A DNA stretch of 64,000 bases, taken from Lama guanicoe. Taxonomy: Eukaryota. The stretch covers positions 3,873,922 through 3,937,921 of the forward strand of contig MU054212.1 in assembly GCA_013239625.1 (NCBI GenBank), read 5' to 3'. The notes beneath the pieces are model-generated. The model saw nothing but the letters and a program-made list of their open reading frames with translations. It did not search any database and was not told where the DNA came from. Position numbers and translations under genes: made by a program. Shown here piece by piece: positions 55,971-64,000 of the stretch (positions are counted from its first letter, which is position 1; each line of letters starts with the position of its first letter).

Positions 55971-58900
55971 ACGAACTCCTTTTTAAAATAGTAATTCTTC
56001 TTTAGTTTTACTTTCTTGACTAAAGATATTCATCCTATCAACCTGTATAAAGCATCTTCTCTCCAAAGTAAAATAATTTACTTTATGTTCAAGATTATGG
56101 TCCAAAGTACTAAATGTCCCTGAGAGCCCAGCTGTAATATTCAAAAGCAACGCTCACCACCTTATTTGGGTCTCAATTTTCTCATTTATGAAATGATGCA
56201 TTGTCTAGTTACGGTGAAATAAAAATTAGTTCTGAGTTTCAAGTTTTAAGAATTAAGAAACTGATTCTCTGCCAAGGATTTCATTCTCCAACCAGAAACT
56301 GAGGGCAAAGGAGCCCAATGATGTAGTCCATACAAGTCTGGGGCAGAGAGTAGACCTGGAGGGGCAAAGAGAAGACCCCTGGTCCCCAAGCATTTTAAAC
56401 AGCATTGCAATTTTCTGAAAAGAGGAAACAAAAATACAGAGTTGCTTGCTGTACGCTGTCAACATTATCAGCACGCATGACGGTTATTTATAAATACAAA
56501 GAATGTTCCAGAGAGTGCAAATGATAAGCAGTTACTATGCATTTTGAAACTCCAAGTAAGCAAAATTAACAAACGCACACACAGAGACACTCATAATGTC
56601 ACTATCAAGACTGCTTTGAACAATCTGAGAAGGAACACTCAGATAAATGTTCTTAACCAGGACAAGACTTATCAACAAATTAAAAATAAAACCCAGTGTA
56701 GTCATAGCAGATAATGCAGGCAGTTGGTATTTAAAGTAGAAGAAGTGTTAACAACATGACCAAAATAGCTTCATGGAGCCTTGTGGCAAGGTTATGACAC
56801 CTAATGTTCATACATGAAGATAATGACATTAGCTACTATCAATCAGTAGCAGGAGCTTTAAGACTAAACTTGGTCTTAAAAAGCATGACATGAAATGCCC
56901 TCTAGCTAAAGAGCTGCAGAGCCAGGAACTAACTCATCATGGTGAACTGGACCCCATGCTGCTCCATTAACTAGTGACTAATTTGACACAACCCGATAGG
57001 CACCATGCTGGTGAAAAGCTATTCAATCCAAAATCTATTTAATAACCTAAGAAATTCAGGTTAAGTAAGAAAAGGACAAGGTCATTTCCTACCATATAAT
57101 AAACCATCTTTATTCTTTCTCTCTCTCTCATGCGAGTTTTGGAGAACAATCATGTATTACTCAAGCTTCTTATTCCTGGATTCTCCCTTAATTCCGAGAC
57201 TTAGCCTGATAAATGTATATCATATGAAGTAGAAACGCCATGAAAACTCAGCCCAACCATTTTGAAATTAATCTTGACACATTTTTTTTGAACTCGGGGA
57301 GATGAACATTATTTCAGTATTTATGCAAAGCATTTTACACATACCTTTATATTACAGTAAGTATTTTCAAGTTTGGAAATTCGGTAACAATGACATTGGA
57401 ATGCTACCCTTTGCCTGTCTTGTTCATCTAGAATTTGACATGTGTCTTTAAAACTTTTTCGGGGCGACAATCTGAAAAGGTCTCTGCAATTATTCTTTAG
57501 GTGGGAAAAAAAGTCAGCTTTATTCTGAACCTCCATTATTACTCCCACACAATGGAAATTGAATTTAATTCTTCCCAAAGGAACTCTCCTCTTCATTCTG
57601 TACTCTGTTTCTAATAGTAACCCCATTTTTTTCCGTTCCAAGTTTCAAGTATCCAGAACCAAGAGACTCAGGGACAACTGACTCGCGTTCATGCTTCTTT
57701 CTAGGGCACCTCAGCCCCTTTCAGGCGGACTGCCTTCAGTACTCCTCCCTGCAATCTTGAGAATAAAAGACAACAGTTGATATCCCACGTGAAGATGATC
57801 AGGACCCACAGTCTTATTTGATACTGGTAAGTACAGCGCACACAGAGGGAATACCTGCCCCACCCGCATGTGAGACACAGGAAGGCATTGGCCGTGCTTT
57901 ATGAGGGTGGAGTCGCCACCATACGAGCGTGAACCGCGTTCAGTGCTGACCAGCCAACTTGCGGGACGCATCTGGGGAACTAGTTGCCTAGCCCTTCATC
58001 TCACCTGGAAAAACCCTCAAGGTTCCTTTTCCCTGGAGACTCTATAAAAAAAAATATGATACAAGAAGGCTTCCAACAGAGAATAATGCAAGAAGTCAAG
58101 GTCTACTTTAAGGCCTCCAGTGCTCGCACAGCCACAAGAAGCCCCGTTGGCAGTGGTTGGTCAGGAGAGTCAGCAACATGGCGGCTGGCCAGACAGCTAA
58201 CCCGATCTCTGGAGGATCAGAGATGGGAAGACTGGAGTGTGGTTTGGGGATGTGGTTTTGAATTAGGCAGCAACTCTGCAGGCCAAGAAAACTGACCCTA
58301 TGTATCTATATCTCTCTCTCTCTCTCTATCTATCACCTTCTCTATATAAGGCACCTTGCCAAGAAGAGTACAAGTTGCATAGAAAGTATAGTATTTCCAG
58401 CCATTGTTCTGTCCTCTTACAAGCCCAACTACAACTACTGCCTCTGTAATTTATAAAGCGCTTTCACAGTAATTACCCTATTTGAGTCATATTACAAAGC
58501 AATGAGGTAGGTATAATTACCCCGCTTACTTGCTAAGGTTGGGAAAAGTACGTAAAAATTACTAAGGTTCTTGTGGGGTGGAGCAGAGGCGGGCTTTGCA
58601 GTGGGGTTTCACTGCCTCCCAGCCAGGTGGCCCTTCTGTCCTGCAGCCGGGGAGGACTCACTCAACCGGCCCGGAGAGCCTGGCCAGGGCTGGAATTTTC
58701 ACAGACAGCAGAGTGTGGAGCCAGTGCATCCGGGAAAGAGAACATCACTGGTCCAGCCTCCATCCCAAAGCGGGACCCCTCACCACATCAGACAGTCTCA
58801 GCCAACTTTCTCTGACGCACCCAGGAGCCTTCTGGAGCTCAGCACTGAGAATGCAGTATGCCTGGTCCCAGCTCCCACAGAGCTCCTGGCCAAACTGGAG

Positions 58901-61108
58901 AACAGCCAAGTGAAAACAAGCAGTTAAACGTCATAAGATTGATGTTCCGGAGAGACAGTATAGGTAGAGAGGCGAAATTTCACGGAGTGATTACAAAAAA
59001 AAAAAAACCCACCACACCACTAATCACAAGCAATCCCATTAGTGGTAGGATTCGAATTAAATTACAACTAGATTTTACTAATTTTTTATTCATGAGACAT
59101 TCTGTTTTTCAATTATTTTTCCCCCTCCACATCAGCCCACCCATTGTAAAGCCTCAAGCATTCATTTGATTTCCCGCCAATAATTTGAAGATAATGATTT
59201 GTGTCTTGGTTCTATCTGCGTGGATCTTTCTCTGATAATTTGGAGAGAAAATGATGTGTATCTCCCCTCTTCTCCGATAGTGGCCTTAGGGATTTTACTT
59301 ATCGTGGGGGCAGGGCTTTTCTGACAGATTTAGGAAACAGGAAGCCAGAAATCCAGAACTGAACAAATCTGTCAAACTCATTTTCTCGCAGGGTTTTCTG
59401 CCAATTTTTGCTCCTACCCTCCTCTCTCTCCTTTTCTCTCTCTCTCTTTTTCCCCTTCCTTTAAGTAACAAGAAGAGTCGGGAAAAAACGTATCACCTAG
59501 TTCCTAAAGGGACAGACTGAAAAATGCTAGTGAGCCAAAAAGCAGGTGTGTCCAAGCCAGAAGGTCACTAACTCTCCGCTCCTTGGAGAATGAAGCAGAA
59601 ATTAACAAGGGCAAGAGAGTGAGTGAAAGCAAGAGACGGGCAGAGGGGAGGGGCCTCGGCCCATAACTGCCTCTCCGTCACTGCGCCTTCCCAACACAAC
59701 ACTGGGGACGGGAGGCCCACCTCAGCCTTCCTGGGACCACAGGGCCCTGATCCGCCCTCCCTCTCCACCTCTTATCGCCCCATGAGCTCGAAAGCAGGGA
59801 GAATGCAGCCACTTTTATTGTTAAATAATTAACAAACCACTGGCATTCTGGCAAGCTGGACCAATTTTCTTAATCAGCAACCAAGCGAAGTAATTTTGCT
59901 TATAAGCTACATAAGATAAATCCTGTCACCTAAAAATTCTCCATGATAGGTACACCATCCACTTCCTCGGAGTAGCTTGAGTAAAACTCTTCCTCCCTTT
60001 GCTCGCTCCTCCTTCTCACCTCGGATTTCACTAGTCATGCTCCGCTGTCATTAGAAACAGTGACTGTGCTTATGAGACTTTCTCACCATACAATTCCTCT
60101 TCTCAGATGCCAGAACTCCAACAGACAAGCGGGATAATGATATTGCTTTGATAAGGCCACCAGTGACCACTTCACTGCTAAAGTCAGCTACTCCACAGAG
60201 TGCTTGTCCTGAAGGAAGCAGCCACGTTTGACACCATGCATCCCTCATACCCTCTGGCTTGAGCCTGCACCTTCCCACCCCTAACCTAGCTCTTGGTTTG
60301 CAGTTTCTCCAGTTTCTCTCCCACGCTTGTGCCTTTTTCTTCTCAGTTTCCTTCTTCTACCTCTCTGTTGCATGTGGGTGCACTCTCTGGTTGAACCTCT
60401 TTTAAATGGCCTGAAGAGCCCTTTGGCCTGTCCAAGCTAATGACTCACCTGTCGCCATGCTAGCCATACGTGACCGCCACTCTGCATGCCTTCCAGCTTC
60501 TGGGCAGTGGCTCCATTGCAGTCATGTGGCTCTGTTTCCTTTGAGATGCCCCGTCCCCAACTGACAAAGGCCTGCTCAACCCTGGAGCCTCCACTTGGCA
60601 TAGGTCTTCTCAGTCCTCACCAAAATTTGGGATCATGGACTTGCTAGTTGTCTGTCTGACCCACTAGTTCTACCAGGTCAGAGATTCCATCCCTCTAGTT
60701 AAGCACCCTACTATTCCAGAACTTAGCAAGTAACCAGTAGAGTTCTGAGTAATAAAACAGTTGAGAAGGACATATCCACATGGCAGCGAATGAAAAGCAA
60801 AACAAAGCAACAGTTTTCCAGGAAACTTTTACATATAACATAGGGGAGACTTCCTGAACTTTCTGACATGTTTATCCCCACCAATGTTCTATCCTTCAAA
60901 CAAAAGCAATCGATTAAAACCCCTAAATAACGGTTCGTGCTCAAGGCAATAATTTCTGCTCTGTGCAAAGTAATATTTGAACATGAGTGGTAGCATGCAT
61001 TCAAAATAAAAATCCATCAGTGTTCAAAAGCACGTGAACTCTAGCTGGGTTCATGGGCTCCACACAGGGTTGTGTGTGTATGCACCCGTACACACTTACA
61101 CGTATGCT

Positions 61109-61125
61109 CACACACACACACACAC
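61109..61125 (+). repeat. (CA)8 microsatellite
   Basis: cacacacacacacacac read directly. Confidence 0.85.
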
Positions 61126-61899
61126 CCAGAGTTCCTAATACTGAGCTATCAGTATACTAATTGCCAATAACCTCACATAAATTGCATAGATGGTGACACA
61201 GTGTTGTTTTTTAAATAGTCACTTTATAGATGCATTTGAGTCAGAAGGTACTGCTCGATTATCAATGAGACTCATTCTGCCCTGTGATTTGGACTATGTT
61301 TCTTTCAGTTCTCTAGTGTAAACAAGTCTCCTCCCAAATAGCCCTATTAGTAAATGAAATATTTACTACATCGATATATTTGCCACAAAATCTGCTGACC
61401 GAACACGTTTTTAACGTAGAGAACTTCATTTCACAAGGCATTTATTTCATATCCTTTGTCAAGGTTCACATACAATGGAGGCCTTTCAAAAGCTTAATAG
61501 GCCCGTTTTCTAATGACATCTTTCAACTTTTTATTTAAAAAAAAATCAATATAAATACAGGCTCTCTCAGTTGATTTGTTTTTCTTTGAAAAGCATAAAT
61601 CAAGCTCCTGAAGATCTAGAAAATGAAGACATTATTTTAAATTCTGCTTCTAAAACTGACCCTGACAATGAGTCCTTAAATGTCTATATATTTTAAGGGG
61701 GTGGGGGTGGGGGGCGACTGTGACTAAAGGGGTGATCTTCAGCCTTCTTAGCTTTACCAAAGGCAGATGACAGCATCAAGCTGCTAAGGTTGTTGTAAAG
61801 ATTACAAAATGTAGAAAGCATCTGACCTGGTACCTGGTCCACTGGCAAGTACACCATATATATATTTACAGGATTAATATAGAAATAAAGCTACTGGTG

Positions 61900-62100
61900 G
61901 GGGAATTATAGACTCAAGCATGAAAGCCTCTGGGTTCAAAGTCATTTGCTACTAGTCATGTGACCTTGGAAGGCACTGACTCAGAATGTCCAAGATTCAG
62001 TATCCTCATCTATAAAAGAGGGGCAAGAGGGCTGCAGAGCTCCCAGGGTTGCTGCAAGATTCAAAGACAGTGCAGATAAAGAGCTTAGCACAGCACCCAG
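61900..62100 (+). mobile_element. MIR SINE
   Basis: ctgggttcaaa...tgtgaccttgg...cagtatcctcatctataaaa...agagcttagcacagcacc. Confidence 0.7.
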
Positions 62101-64000
62101 CCATTCATCCTCTCATTGTTTCCACTGTATTAATTTAATTAGCATATCGGGGGTGATGGAGGGGCAGTCAGATGTGCCCACAGAATTCTGGGAAGCTACA
62201 AATTCTCTATAAGAATTTTTTTTAAATTAAATTTTGCTTTTTATTCACCTGAAAACTCTAAAGTTTGCAAGAGTATCTGATGCCTACTTGTGTCCACAGG
62301 TACAAAGGGGTGCAACGCAGTCATGGGAAGGGAAACTTGCTATGTATATGACACTCTCTTGTCAAGCAAAGGGCAAATGACACCTTACCAAGCTGTATAA
62401 AGCTCTGAAATGGTCTAAACAAGGAGAGCAGTCAGGAAAGTCAGTTGTCCTATGATGCATACATATCAGAGAACTCTGAACCCACTAGCATATCGCAGAC
62501 ACATTTTGTGTAATGTTTGTTTCAACAAAACATCATCATCCATGACACTGAACTAACACTGTAATTCCAATTGTAATGGCTTTTTAGTTTGCTGGTGGGT
62601 GTTTAAAATTACTTTGCCTTTATGAGACATATTTAACTAGTTTCATATTTTGCATGTTATAACTACCACGGTAGAATTTAAGTCCTCACTGAATGAGGCC
62701 CTTCTTTTAATTTCAAGCTTGAGAAATGCTGCTCTTAGGGAATGCACTGATTAGTTCATCATCTCTCTCACAAAATGATACCCAACATCTTTACCAACCT
62801 CTGATAGATGGAAAAGCAAAGAACTGCGGAAATTAAATGAGATGGTGCAGGAGAAGTACTCCTATATGGTACCTGTCTCTTGCTCTTAATAAAGTTCTAT
62901 CGTTCTCATTACCGTCATTCTCGTAATCATCAGTCATCATCGTCTGCAGAAGCGTCTATTCATCTTCCACTTTAAAAATGAAACCTGGGTGCTATTTGCA
63001 TTAAATAGCCAAATTGGCAGTAAATGTTCATTTTGTCTTTCCTATTTTAGATAATTATTGTTTTCTGGTACATTGGCCACACTGCTGTTTTAAGTATGTT
63101 CAAACTGGGAAAAACCAACAAGTGAGCAACAACATTCTATTCTGTTTGTTTACAATAGCAGAAGCCATAATCTGAGCATACATATTAAATGAATGAGTTA
63201 CAACAGAGATCTCAGAATCTTCAAACTGAATCAAATGGAAATGTATAAAGGAAGATGTTATCAAACCAGAAATTAAAGCAAGATTGAAATAAGTCCTTTA
63301 ATAAAGGAAACCACCAGTACAAGAACATCCAAAAATTCCTGCTTCTGTTACACTAAAGTCTTCTATTGGCATCATCTGAAAACCTGGAAAGATCATTATT
63401 CTTTAACTTCCTTCAAACATCAACAGAAAAACAAAATAAAAGAAACTGCAAACATTTATCCTGTTTTAAAAGGAAAGGAAGAATGGTTATCACTAACATT
63501 TATTCTTCTTCTATAAAGTAGAAGCTTTGCAAAATTCTAGACCGTAAATCAAATCTGGGGCCATTGCAAGAGAGGCACGACTTGGTTTCAAGTTCAAAAC
63601 TGATGAGTCTCTGTTCAGACAACACCGAAGTTGGATGTAAGCTTGGTACCAGAAGATATCCATGCCATGGCACATACTCTTACTACTTGGAAAATCTCTT
63701 TGCACACAGAATATATTATATTCCTTTTACATTTCCACTTGACTTGAAAACATTAGTTTTCAAAAGATGTTGGAATGTGCTTTCCAAGACCCACTCTGTG
63801 CCTCCAGAATCCTCCAGATTAACTTAAAGGATTCTCCAGAGATGAAAGGATTTTCCAGGTTCTCTTAAGCTCCCTCTTGGGCAAACACTACATTTACTCA
63901 GTTCGTACAAGGAAAATAGTTATGTTCACATATAAATGAATATGGAGAATTATTAATGAATTTCTTGATCCATTAATGTCGTAAAAAATGAGGAGTATCT

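Noticed and set aside
58571..59169. Several overlapping plus-strand ORFs
   Set aside because: A locally GC-rich, stop-poor tract opens all frames; no coherent protein.
54100..62000. Apparent run of AP-1 sites (TGASTCA)
   Set aside because: About a dozen were noted in the whole window versus roughly eight expected by chance, and they are spaced kilobases apart.

Overview
Mammalian genomic DNA lying entirely inside the CDH2 (N-cadherin) gene on the minus strand. Seven coding exons are present (exons 3-9 by human numbering): 20567-20793, 18634-18780, 16805-16960, 12958-13102, 10093-10265, 2044-2181 and 1171-1356. All have AG/GT boundaries and join into one open frame covering the prodomain, the RQKR|DW furin site, EC1 with HAV, EC2 and part of EC3. 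Positions 20794-64000 are part of the very large intron 2; exons 1-2 and 10 onward are outside the window. Five tRNA-Ala-like SINEs of the Vic-1 type, with no recognisable Alu, Bov or PRE elements, point to a camelid. Older MIR, L2, L1M, MLT1 and MER20 repeats fill the introns. The most notable items are (1) an apparent orthologue of the human CDH2 isoform-2 alternative first exon in intron 2 (36683-36759), here 2 nt short so that it would be out of frame with exon 3; (2) a very small L1 insertion with a twin-priming inversion and a possible 3' transduction (22777-22939); and (3) an inverted SINE pair bracketing the in-frame exons 4-5. I found no convincing new multi-gene system. Repeat subfamily names and comparisons with human protein come from memory, not from a database search.
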